A DNA stretch of 57,794 nucleotides from a virus. Its lineage: Duplodnaviria; Caudoviricetes. The translations under genes and the position numbers were made by a program. Shown piece after piece: positions 28,838 through 37,278 of this stretch. A model generated the notes under the pieces. It did no database searches. It had not been told where the DNA came from and saw only the letters and a list, made by a program, of their open reading frames with translations. The stretch covers positions 1-57,794 of the IMG/VR virus record IMGVR_UViG_3300037313_000591. The stretch is one strand, 5' to 3'. How positions within the stretch are numbered: position 1 is the first letter of the stretch; each line of letters starts with the position of its first letter.

Positions 28838-29035
28838 ATGGCTGACGTCTCAAAAATCAACGGCTATGCGGTCACGGGCGGTTTTGACGACCGGATAACA
28901 GTGGGTAAGCTGGTCGGTTATGCCGTTACCAACGACGCCGATACCCATGCAAGCGTATCGAAGCTGGTTGCCTATGCCGTGGTCGTAGATAGCCCCGCGA
29001 GCACAGCGCGCCCCCAAGTCTTTGTCTGTACCTAA
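28838..29035 (+). CDS. small protein with three VxK(I/L)xxYAV repeats
   Basis: VSKINGYAV / VGKLVGYAV / VSKLVAYAV. Confidence 0.6.
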   Translation: MADVSKINGYAVTGGFDDRITVGKLVGYAVTNDADTHASVSKLVAYAVVVDSPASTARPQVFVCT

Positions 29036-29050
29036 CATCGAAAGGTCATC

Positions 29051-29437
29051 ATGGATTACATCATCAGCGTCAACGGAAACGCTAAAACCGTCGCACTCCA
29101 ACGAGCTCTTGCAGCCTACAACGCGAGCAACCCGACCATCAGCGTCGAGGACTTCATCCAGAAGCTAGTCGACGGCCAGCTGTCGAACCTCGTCGCATCG
29201 TACACCGTCGCGCAGATGGACCGCATCACTTGGCTCAAGGAGCGATTCACACAGACCGAGCGCGCAGCTATCCGCCAGGCGGCAATGACGAACGGCGCGA
29301 TCGCAGACCTGTGCTCGCTGGTCGATGGTGCGTCAGTCGTACATTTCACCGATCCTGTGACGATTGAGGGCGTCGCGGCGCTCGAAGCAGCCGGGCTGAT
29401 TGATGAAGGTCGAGGCGCGCAAATCCTCGCGATCTGA
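29051..29437 (+). CDS. tail fibre-associated/chaperone-like protein
   Basis: RFTQTERAAI...AAGLIDEGRGAQIL motif typical of fibre-adjacent genes. Confidence 0.6.
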   Translation: MDYIISVNGNAKTVALQRALAAYNASNPTISVEDFIQKLVDGQLSNLVASYTVAQMDRITWLKERFTQTERAAIRQAAMTNGAIADLCSLVDGASVVHFTDPVTIEGVAALEAAGLIDEGRGAQILAI

Positions 29438-29492
29438 CAGTTTGTCTGCCGGGCGTGCGCCACGTGCACGCCAAGTTTCTCGATGCCTCAAA

Positions 29493-30482
29493 CTAACGAC
29501 CAGTTGGAGATCGGATCCCGTCGTTAGCCTTATCGCTATCGTAGGCTGCGGATACAACATGAGCACAACGATCTGTCCGGTATTTATCGCCAGACACGGA
29601 TACGTCAATCCACCTGTGATACGCAAAAATAGCGAACGTCGCGACGAACGCGCCGCCGATCATATCGACCAGGTAGTGTCCTCCTTGAGTTGGCAGGGAA
29701 ATCATCATTAATCCATTGAGAGAGGCGATCAATGGGAAAAGCCTTGAATAGCGGTAGGCATACGACAAGAGTACGACGCCGACCATATGAAATGAAGGGA
29801 ACGCTATCAGGCCCTTCACCATTAGCAAGGAAAGAGACTTCGTCGCGCCACTACGCAGCGAGAGGATTTCTGCCGTCTCCGGCGAGTCCATTTGGTGATA
29901 AGGGTATGCGCCAAGTGCGGGGAGAAAGCTGGAAACAACGCAGCAAATTAGCAGGGATATTATCGCGGTCCACCACAACTCTCTTGCGCGCGCTACTCTC
30001 CTGGCGTGCGAGAAGAAGACGACCGCAATAAATGTTTGAGGGATCAGGCTCACATATGCGAGCGCTAGTGTTTTGTGAAAAACCGGATGCGCTTGGACGA
30101 ACTCAAACCAACTGAGCCAATGAAAGCCTAGGGCGCTGTCGATGCTCGAAAATGTAGAGTCGAGCAATGGAAAAGATAGCGTCGTACAAAGGTAGGAGAA
30201 AGTCGCTCCGACAACTATCTTCCCAAGCCATAGCGAGAGGTAATTGCATATTTGCGCAAGGCGTTGAGCGAGCCCACTCAACTCAAGGATTAACCCAAAT
30301 GAGAACGGGATAACGATCAAGACGAAAGCCTCACCTACATCGACCAGTTCAATATCAGCAAAGTGCGCCCAAACGCCTTCGATCCCCGCAAGAGCAAGAA
30401 GCAGCATTAACGCGCGCTTGTCCACCGTTGCTCTATTGCGATCAAGTAATGGGCGACTTACGGATATATTTGCTTCGTTCAT
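29493..30482 (-). CDS. PAP2/Aur1-Ipt1-like integral membrane phosphoesterase/phosphotransferase (moron)
   Basis: Multiple TM helices, PALG.Y, AFPSFH and GGHYLVD catalytic motifs; lower GC; opposite strand; start approximate. Confidence 0.82.
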   Translation of the reverse strand: MNEANISVSRPLLDRNRATVDKRALMLLLALAGIEGVWAHFADIELVDVGEAFVLIVIPFSFGLILELSGLAQRLAQICNYLSLWLGKIVVGATFSYLCTTLSFPLLDSTFSSIDSALGFHWLSWFEFVQAHPVFHKTLALAYVSLIPQTFIAVVFFSHARRVARARELWWTAIISLLICCVVSSFLPALGAYPYHQMDSPETAEILSLRSGATKSLSLLMVKGLIAFPSFHMVGVVLLSYAYRYSRLFPLIASLNGLMMISLPTQGGHYLVDMIGGAFVATFAIFAYHRWIDVSVSGDKYRTDRCAHVVSAAYDSDKANDGIRSPTGR

Positions 30483-30597
30483 CGGCATGCATCCTCTAGG
30501 AAATGTTTTCAACATTAGTCGGTAGCGGACTGGACAGACGATAAACCTGTTTTGCATCCGTTGCAACGGAATCCGGTCCGTGATCGGCTAATACAAC

Positions 30598-30624
30598 AAC
30601 CCGCCACGAGCGGGTTTTCTTTTG
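30598..30624 (+). terminator. intrinsic terminator
   Basis: AACCCGC-CACGA-GCGGGTT followed by TTCTTTT. Confidence 0.7.
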
Positions 30625-30634
30625 TGGAGTCGCT

Positions 30635-30910
30635 ATGCAGCGCATCGGGTTACTCGGGATTTGGCTGGTTTGCATCCTATGCGCTGCGGTCGCCTTGCCG
30701 TGGATGCTTTTCTCGATCCTCGTTGGCTCTCCGCGCGCCTGGGCGATTGCAAAAGGCTTCGACAGGGTTGGCAACGCCTCGACAGGCGGTGACGACAGCG
30801 AATACCTGAGCGGAAGGGCGCAGCGTGTGCGAAAAGAGGGGCGACGGTGGGCCTGCATCTTGTGTCGGCTTCTCGACAAGATAGACCCTGGCCACTGCGA
30901 CAAATATTGA
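30635..30910 (+). CDS. small membrane protein
   Basis: GGAG RBS; D..GNA..GG..E..S.R...WAC.LC..LD.IDPGHC motif. Confidence 0.65.
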   Translation: MQRIGLLGIWLVCILCAAVALPWMLFSILVGSPRAWAIAKGFDRVGNASTGGDDSEYLSGRAQRVRKEGRRWACILCRLLDKIDPGHCDKY

Positions 30911-30980
30911 CTTAGCCGGCGACGACCGGATACCACATCTCCTCAACCAACCCGCTCATCGCGGTCACCTGCGAGTCCAC

Positions 30981-31181
30981 ATGGACCACATCAAACATAT
31001 CTTCGACACCGCATCCACGGTTGCCGCCACCGTCACTATCGCTGGGTGGTTCGCCAATGCGCTTCCTCCTTTGGCAGCCCTGGTATCGATCCTTTGGATC
31101 GCCTTTCAGTTCTATCACTCGGTGCCAATGAAGACCCGGCGCGAACGAAAAGCGCAGAAGGAGGGGCAATGCGACTCGTAG
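30981..31181 (+). CDS. holin-like protein
   Basis: 66 aa, hydrophobic LPPLAALVSILW, basic C-terminus, upstream of the endolysin. Confidence 0.6.
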   Translation: MDHIKHIFDTASTVAATVTIAGWFANALPPLAALVSILWIAFQFYHSVPMKTRRERKAQKEGQCDS

Positions 31182-31393
31182 ATGACTGGCAGACGATCTT
31201 GCGCAAGGCGTGGTCGGTCAAGTTCAATGTGGCCGCGGCGTTGTTCGGCGCCGGGGAAATCGTGGTGCAGATCTGGCAGCCGACTGGCGTGCGCCCCGGT
31301 GTATTTGCTGGCATCGCGGCATCGGTGTCGATCGCTGCAACCGCCGCCCGGGTGATGGCGCAGAAGGAGCTTAGCGATGACACTTCCAAATAG
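31169..31393 (+). CDS. second holin/antiholin-like protein
   Basis: MRLVDDW..ILRKAWSV, two TM segments, ARVMAQ; GGAGG RBS. Confidence 0.65.
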   Translation: MRLVDDWQTILRKAWSVKFNVAAALFGAGEIVVQIWQPTGVRPGVFAGIAASVSIAATAARVMAQKELSDDTSK

Positions 31394-31865
31394 GCCGGGC
31401 AAACGTGGGCTAGCGGCCATTGTCGGTTCGGTTGCTGCGGCTAGCCTGCTGGTGTTCACGCCAGCCCAAGAGGGCACCGTCTACGCCACCTATAAGGATC
31501 TCGGCGGCGTGCTTACTTACTGTACGGGAGCGACGGAGGACGCGCAGTGGGGGAAGATCTACTCGCCCGCAGAGTGTGCGGCCCAGCTTGATCGCGACCT
31601 CGAGCGGCACGCGGCAGGGATTGCCAAGTGCGTGAACATGGATCGCCTTACGGACGGCCAGCGCGTCGCATTCGTCGACGCAGCTTTCAATTTAGGTGTG
31701 CCAGCGTTCTGCGGGTCGAGCATGGCGCGCAAGACTAATGCTGGCGATATACGTGGCGCCTGTGATGCGCTGCTGTTGTGGAACCGGGTTGGTGGGCGGG
31801 AAGTAGCGGGGCTGACGAAGCGACGGCAGCGCGAGCGCGAACTCTGTCTGAAGGGACTGACATGA
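31377..31865 (+). CDS. SAR endolysin, GH24 lysozyme
   Basis: Weakly hydrophobic Ala/Gly N-terminus; catalytic EG...Y.D..GV.T.C.G.T; GL.KRR..E. Confidence 0.9.
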   Translation: MTLPNRPGKRGLAAIVGSVAAASLLVFTPAQEGTVYATYKDLGGVLTYCTGATEDAQWGKIYSPAECAAQLDRDLERHAAGIAKCVNMDRLTDGQRVAFVDAAFNLGVPAFCGSSMARKTNAGDIRGACDALLLWNRVGGREVAGLTKRRQRERELCLKGLT

Positions 31866-32236
31866 TCGCCGCCCTCATGTTGCGCCTCTCGCCGTACAAG
31901 CTGCTGTTGGTCTTGGCCATTGGCTTCGGTGCAGGCTGGCTCGTCAACGGCTGGCGGCTGCACTCCGCGCTGGCCAAGGTCGAGGCAGCGCGCGCTAAAG
32001 AGAAGGCCGATCAGGCAACAGCTGCCATGACAACGCTGAAGGCTGACGCTGCGGCGATCCATCAAGCAGCTACCGAGTACGCCGGCATCCAAAACACTCT
32101 CGCGCCCAAGATTGCGGCGCTCACCAAGGAGCTACGCAATGCGCCTCGCCTCCCTGTGGATTGCAAGCCTGACCCTGTGCGGGTGCGCAACCTCGACTCC
32201 GCCATCGACGCAGCCAATCAGGCCGTCCCTCGATAG
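31862..32236 (+). CDS. Rz: i-spanin
   Basis: N-terminal TM (GAGWLVNGWR), coiled coil, after the endolysin. Confidence 0.8.
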   Translation: MIAALMLRLSPYKLLLVLAIGFGAGWLVNGWRLHSALAKVEAARAKEKADQATAAMTTLKADAAAIHQAATEYAGIQNTLAPKIAALTKELRNAPRLPVDCKPDPVRVRNLDSAIDAANQAVPR

Positions 32237-32381
32237 CGCGCTCGCCGCTCCATGCCCGGCAATCGTAAAGCCGGACGCACCCGACTACGACGTCTGGCAG
32301 CTGTGGGCAATCGACCTGCTGCACCAGTACGCTAACTGCGCCGCCCGCCATGCCAAGACCGTCCAGGCTTGGCCAAAGTGA
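32139..32381 (+). CDS. Rz1: o-spanin lipoprotein (overlaps Rz)
   Basis: AAGGAG RBS, lipobox LCGC, Pro-rich, C..RH motif. Confidence 0.8.
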   Translation: MRLASLWIASLTLCGCATSTPPSTQPIRPSLDSALAAPCPAIVKPDAPDYDVWQLWAIDLLHQYANCAARHAKTVQAWPK

Positions 32382-32390
32382 AGGAAAAGC

Positions 32391-33170
32391 ATGACAAAGA
32401 TCCTGTTCATTCCAGATAGCCAAGTGAAGCCAGGCGACGATCTTGGCTTCCTGACTCGCATCGGTAGGTACATCGTAGACAAGAAGCCGGACGTCATTGT
32501 GCATGCAGGTGACTTCGCGGACATGGAAAGCCTAAGTAGCTACGACAAGGGCAAGCGGTCCTATGAAGGGCGAAGGTACAAGGCCGACATAAAGGCCGCG
32601 CGTGATGGGATGGAGGCGCTTCTAGGCCCTCTGCGCGAATACAACCTCATGCGAATACGGAACAAGAAATCCCCATATCGCCCCCGCATGGTTCTCACGC
32701 TCGGCAACCATGAGAATCGCATCAATAGGACCATCGACGATGAGCCGCTACTGGACGGGACCATATCGACGGATGACCTGATGTACAAGGAATACGGCTG
32801 GGAAGTCCATCCGTTCCTTGAAGTAGTGGTCATTGAAGGCATCGCCTTCGCCCACTATTTCACGACTGGCGCAATGGGGCGTCCAGCATCCTCCGCGCAG
32901 GCGATGTTGAACAAGAAGCACATGTCGTGTATCGCCGGCCACCAGCAAGGTAGGCAATCGGCTACAGGCGTCAAGGCTGACGGGCGGCAAATTACCGCAA
33001 TCATCGCGGGATCCTGCTACGAGCATGCTGAAGAATATCTGGGACCACAAGGGAATAAGCACTGGCACGGCGTCATCATGCTGCACAACGTGAGCAACGG
33101 AGAATTTGATGAGTGCTTCGTGCCCCTGCATTACATCAACGAGAGATATGGAGAGGCACATGCTGCGTGA
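32391..33170 (+). CDS. calcineurin-like metallophosphoesterase
   Basis: IPDSQ, GDFAD, LGNHENR, FAHY, GHQQ motifs. Confidence 0.85.
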   Translation: MTKILFIPDSQVKPGDDLGFLTRIGRYIVDKKPDVIVHAGDFADMESLSSYDKGKRSYEGRRYKADIKAARDGMEALLGPLREYNLMRIRNKKSPYRPRMVLTLGNHENRINRTIDDEPLLDGTISTDDLMYKEYGWEVHPFLEVVVIEGIAFAHYFTTGAMGRPASSAQAMLNKKHMSCIAGHQQGRQSATGVKADGRQITAIIAGSCYEHAEEYLGPQGNKHWHGVIMLHNVSNGEFDECFVPLHYINERYGEAHAA

Positions 33171-33224
33171 GCGAGCAGAAGTGCACAGCCGCGCCAGAAA
33201 TGCTGGCTCCGTCATAGCCCGGTC

Positions 33225-33455
33225 ATGGTATATTCACTCAACGGAACATCGGATGAAAGGCTATGCTTTATGTCTCTCGTTGTTGATCAACTCCAATCTT
33301 ATTCCAATGAGCTGGACAAGGCCGTGATCGCCCTCGGCTCGGACAGTATCAGGCTGGAACTTGCGTCAATCCGCACGGGAATTGAGCGAGCTAAGCTGCA
33401 GCTCAGCTCCTGTGCTATGCCAGTTCTACCGAAGATCATTTTCGACATCTCCTGA
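33225..33455 (+). CDS. hypothetical protein
   Basis: ORF only; start uncertain. Confidence 0.35.
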   Translation: MVYSLNGTSDERLCFMSLVVDQLQSYSNELDKAVIALGSDSIRLELASIRTGIERAKLQLSSCAMPVLPKIIFDIS

Positions 33456-33459
33456 CCCG

Positions 33460-33630
33460 CTAGACCGAAAGCCTACGTTCCAAAGGCATGGTCATCACCC
33501 GTGCCGCAACCTCAGCCGGCACTCCGCTGGCGGCAAGCGTGACTGACGTCGCCAGCCAGCCCACCAACGGCAGCAGGATCAGCGCCAGGTCGACCCGGCT
33601 GGCGGTGATGTGGTCAATGCGTTCGATCAT
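33460..33630 (-). CDS. small hypothetical protein MIERIDHITASRVDLAL... (56 aa, not in the ORF track)
   Basis: Own translation; divergent from the SOS box at 33688. Confidence 0.5.
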   Translation of the reverse strand: MIERIDHITASRVDLALILLPLVGWLATSVTLAASGVPAEVAARVMTMPLERRLSV

Positions 33631-33687
33631 GGCGGCAGGATACAGCCCGACAGCCGTGCGCTAGTTGAGCTCACGCAGGCTGCTATA

Positions 33688-33703
33688 CTGTACGCATGCA
33701 CAG
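33688..33703. promoter_or_regulatory. LexA (SOS) box
   Basis: CTGTACGCATGCACAG fits CTGT-N8-ACAG, within the palindrome CTATACTG...CAGTATAG; overlaps the ATG at 33696. Confidence 0.8.
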
Positions 33704-33986
33704 TATAGTCAAACGTCTACGCGACAAGGGAGTGACGCGCTCCCGCGACGATATCGCCCTTGACCACGGTTACGAAGGCGAACTGCGCTTTGGCGCGGTA
33801 GGCCTGGTGCCGACCGCAACGCTGACCGAGCCGGACGACGAGCACTTCCGACCTATCATCCCTGCGCTCGAGCACGCGGAGCTGGTCGTCATTCGCGTGG
33901 ACATGATGATGTTCCGCGGCATTGAGCGGGACAAGGGTGGAGCAGGGTACGAGCAGGAGTGGTCAGTGCGGATCATCGGGTACTAG
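33696..33986 (+). CDS. putative SOS-inducible protein
   Basis: Start codon lies inside the SOS box; stop overlaps the int stop (CTAG). Confidence 0.65.
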   Translation: MHSIVKRLRDKGVTRSRDDIALDHGYEGELRFGAVGLVPTATLTEPDDEHFRPIIPALEHAELVVIRVDMMMFRGIERDKGGAGYEQEWSVRIIGY

Positions 33987-35236
33987 GCCGCTACTTGGCG
34001 TTTGAGAGGCACAACGTTCCACTCGTCGCCACGCTCGCACGCAATAAGAAATCGCGCCCAAAGCTCCAAAGCTTCGCGACGCTCTGGAATTTCCTCCCGC
34101 ACGTCGTATATGCCCTCCATTCCCTTCAACGTATGGTTCAGGGCGATTTCCGAAATTTCGCGCGAGACGCCAAGGTTTCGCATATGCCCCTTTGCGGTGC
34201 TGCGCGTATCATGCGGAGTGAAACGCCGGGTAGCAATGTGGCCGCGCTTGAAGGCTTGGTCAATCGAGTTCCATAGGGTTGTTTGCCCTGCGTGTGAATC
34301 TGCAGTTTGAGGCGTTCGACCAGGCAAAACCCATTCTGACCCGTCCGCCAACTTTCGCAATTCCTCAAACCATCCGGCGACCGATGCGGTCAGCGGGACC
34401 AGAAAGCCTACTCTCGTTTTTACAGAGTCATCAGGCACAAACCAGGTTCCGCGCTCAAAATCCACGTGCTCCCACTTCGCCTTGAGTAGCTCGACAGACC
34501 TAACGCAGGTTGCAAGCAATATTCTCAGGGCAAGCGCGTTTTCCGTGCCTATGACGTCAATTCCGGAAAGCAGATGCCGTAGCTCATCCTTAGATAGCAT
34601 CACTCGTTTGCGCACTGGCGGGCGCGGGCCAAGCAGGGCGGCGAGCTTGATCCCGGTAGCTGGATTCACACGTATGAGCTGGCGACCGATCGCATGGTCA
34701 AATAGCTTGCTGACCGTACCAAGGATGCGCCTTTGAATTGCCCATGTTCTGCCTGACTTCTCCAGCATGTCGACGACATCTTCGGCCGAAACATCCTTTA
34801 CTTCAAGCGAGCCAAGGCTAGGAATAATCACGTCTTCAAGGTCGCTCTTACGATAGGCAACTGTCCGCTCCGCGTACTGACCAGTCTCAAGTGCCTTTTC
34901 TATATAATCCTTCACAAGCATGCGTACTAGCCATGCATTACGCTTAGCGAGTCGCTCCTTTCGCTTTTCAGACGCCGGATCCAGCCCCTTGTCGACGTCT
35001 ACGCGCTTCTCTGCCGCCAACTTCCTTGCTGCAGAAAGGCTCAGATCAGGGTAGTTCCCTAGCGTGAGTTCGCGCGGCCTTCGAGCGATCATGTAGCGCA
35101 ATACCCAGGTCGCAGTTCCTGCTTTGGACAAAGTGAAGGTTAAGCCACCGCCATCTGACTTGGCAACTGGCTCACCCGCGGCGACCCACCGCCGGATTTG
35201 CATGTCACTGAGTAGATTGGTTCCTCGGCCGGCCAT
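33983..35236 (-). CDS. int: tyrosine integrase with an N-terminal arm-binding domain (P4-like)
   Basis: DGGGL..W..RY...LG.YP..SL..AR arm domain; catalytic R (TCVRSVE), HDTR, LNH, Y. Confidence 0.95.
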   Translation of the reverse strand: MAGRGTNLLSDMQIRRWVAAGEPVAKSDGGGLTFTLSKAGTATWVLRYMIARRPRELTLGNYPDLSLSAARKLAAEKRVDVDKGLDPASEKRKERLAKRNAWLVRMLVKDYIEKALETGQYAERTVAYRKSDLEDVIIPSLGSLEVKDVSAEDVVDMLEKSGRTWAIQRRILGTVSKLFDHAIGRQLIRVNPATGIKLAALLGPRPPVRKRVMLSKDELRHLLSGIDVIGTENALALRILLATCVRSVELLKAKWEHVDFERGTWFVPDDSVKTRVGFLVPLTASVAGWFEELRKLADGSEWVLPGRTPQTADSHAGQTTLWNSIDQAFKRGHIATRRFTPHDTRSTAKGHMRNLGVSREISEIALNHTLKGMEGIYDVREEIPERREALELWARFLIACERGDEWNVVPLKRQVAA

Positions 35237-35274
35237 TGTTCGTATCCTGTAAAAATGCGCTGAAGCTGCCTATT

Positions 35275-35520
35275 CTAGCTACAAATCTAGCCACAATTGG
35301 AGGCTGCGATTCTGGTAGTCTGAGTTAGACAACAGGATACAGCAAGCGAGAACGCTATAGAGGGAAAACTCAGCAACCTAAGATGCGCACGGACACCCAT
35401 AGATACCAATGAAGCTTGCAGGTGAGGAGTTCCATTGGGTGGCGCAAACCTAGTACTCGAGCGCATTTCGGGCTTTTTGGTGTAGTAAGTCTTGAGCCTA
35501 GCTACAAACCTAGCTACAAA
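35275..35520. other. attP region with four arm-type direct repeats
   Basis: CTAGCTACAAA/CTAGCCACAA at 35275, 35287, 35498 and 35510, flanking about 200 bp between int and xis. Confidence 0.75.
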
Positions 35521-35565
35521 ATACAGATGAGCCAGAAACCTACAGTGGGAGACGGTTTACTGTAG

Positions 35566-35739
35566 TCATTCCCTCGGCTTGCCTGAGGCAAGCCGATTGA
35601 TGCTGGCGGCAGTGATGCGGGTCGCGCTTCCGACTTTTACCACCTCGAGCTCGCCTCGCTGGACCAATCGATAGATTGTTGCCCGGCAAACGTCCAGGCG
35701 CTTCATTGCACTGCTGACCTTGTAGAGGATCTGATCCAT
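35566..35739 (-). CDS. xis: excisionase (HTH_17-like, 57 aa, not in the ORF track)
   Basis: MDQILYKVSSAMKRLDVCRATIYRLVQRGELEVVKVGSATRI; AAGGAG RBS; next to attP. Confidence 0.85.
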   Translation of the reverse strand: MDQILYKVSSAMKRLDVCRATIYRLVQRGELEVVKVGSATRITAASINRLASGKPRE

Positions 35740-35751
35740 TGTCTTGCTCCT

Positions 35752-36282
35752 TCACTTCGATAATTCATTATTAGTTGGGGCGGCTGCCGGCTCCTTCCCG
35801 GCTTTGGCGCCAGACCCGGAGACTGCGTCCCACTGCCGGGACAGCTCGGCACATTTCGTTGCCCAGCTTGGATACGGCAGCGCTGACTTCGATAGGCCGT
35901 ACAGCCATGCGGCCATCTTTTCGCCAACCGCATCCTTCTCTGTTCCCGCTGCGGGAGCCGTTCCGCAGTTGTCGCAGATGGGCTTGTACCATTTCTGGAA
36001 GCTCGGGCGCAGCCGCTGGTAGCGCGAGTCGGTGATGAAGCGGGTATAGAACAGTGTGGTCGATTCCCACTTTAACGGCTCTGCATCTGGCTCCGAACCG
36101 GCAGCCCGCAGGCGCTCGACTTCGGCGATCAGTTCAAGCACAGCAGCGGGGCTCAACGCTTCGATGAAGTTTGCCGCAGGCTCGTAGGTGATTCCGTCAG
36201 CGATATGCAAGCTTCTGTACCAGTGCCCGGTGTTTTCGTTCAGATACGCCAGTGCCCGCGCCTTTATCTTGTTGATGTCCAT
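35752..36282 (-). CDS. Ead/Ea22-like mosaic early protein
   Basis: A.FI.A.SPAAVLELIAEVERLR motif. Confidence 0.65.
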   Translation of the reverse strand: MDINKIKARALAYLNENTGHWYRSLHIADGITYEPAANFIEALSPAAVLELIAEVERLRAAGSEPDAEPLKWESTTLFYTRFITDSRYQRLRPSFQKWYKPICDNCGTAPAAGTEKDAVGEKMAAWLYGLSKSALPYPSWATKCAELSRQWDAVSGSGAKAGKEPAAAPTNNELSK

Positions 36283-36283
36283 G

Positions 36284-36523
36284 TCATGCCTCCTTGGTGG
36301 CGATGAGTTCGCAAGCAGCGTTTTGCACCATGCGCTCGGCGAGCTTTAGCGAGTCGTATTCGCCCATGTACACTGCGCAAAGGCTTGCAAGCTCGCGCAC
36401 TTTGCCATCGCGGAGCAATGCTGTCCGCGACCACTCGACCAACTCAGCGCAGCAGGCTTTGAGGTTGGCAGCGCAGAAAGCTTCGGCAGCTTCGCGCGCT
36501 AAGTTCAATTCAGTGCGATCCAT
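36284..36523 (-). CDS. hypothetical early protein
   Basis: GGAGG RBS; packed in the leftward operon. Confidence 0.6.
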   Translation of the reverse strand: MDRTELNLAREAAEAFCAANLKACCAELVEWSRTALLRDGKVRELASLCAVYMGEYDSLKLAERMVQNAACELIATKEA

Positions 36524-37278
36524 CAGGCTTCCTCCCTTCCACTCTTGATAGGTGTAGGGGCGGCAGCGATCCGCACTTCAGACAGCAAGCGGGCGTTGTC
36601 GTAGCCTTGGTCGTCCTTCACGTGGACGAATACGCGGTGCGCGTGCTTCTCGCCTTCGCGGACTTGATGCGACAGCGCGCCCCACACGTAATAACCAATG
36701 ACGGTGTGCTCGACCCATGCGTCTTGGCGGCCAAGGTGGATCAGCACGCGGGAGCCGACTGGTGGCAACAGATCGCCTTCAACCGGATCAAGTGGCGCTG
36801 TTCCAGCGGTGCGACCGTCGATGTAGGCGACCAATTCAGCGTAGACGCGCTCAATGTCGGTGGTGAGGCACAATTGCCACTTGTCGGCCAGCGCGCGGAA
36901 CTCGCGGCTGTCGATGCTCCGCACCGTTCCCCACGCCCGTTCTGCATCCTTGCGCGCGTTCTCGCTGCCGATAAAGGCGGCACGGGCCTGTTCCAGATCG
37001 CGCTCTAACTCGGCGATTCGTGCATCTTTTGCCCGCATGCTGTTTGCGTGATTGGCAGCAGAGGCAAGAGCTTCCAATTCGTTCATAACGACAATAGACC
37101 CGTCGCTCATCTCGTATTTGTGCTTGCCCGTCCCTTTGCGTCCAAACTCGTGGATGCGTACCACATGGGGCGGCGGCAGGGGGATGGCTTCGCCATTCGT
37201 CCCCATAGGGGAGGAGCGAACGCAGTCAGGGTCATGCACGGAATTCGTGCCGAGTTCACAAAAGCGGCAAAGTGTCAT
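36523..37278 (-). CDS. mosaic hypothetical early protein
   Basis: Overlapping start/stop with its neighbours. Confidence 0.6.
   Translation of the reverse strand: MTLCRFCELGTNSVHDPDCVRSSPMGTNGEAIPLPPPHVVRIHEFGRKGTGKHKYEMSDGSIVVMNELEALASAANHANSMRAKDARIAELERDLEQARAAFIGSENARKDAERAWGTVRSIDSREFRALADKWQLCLTTDIERVYAELVAYIDGRTAGTAPLDPVEGDLLPPVGSRVLIHLGRQDAWVEHTVIGYYVWGALSHQVREGEKHAHRVFVHVKDDQGYDNARLLSEVRIAAAPTPIKSGREEA

Noticed and set aside
35540-35755. 71-aa ORF from the track
   Set aside because: Shadow frame; the overlapping 57-aa frame has the RBS and the xis signature
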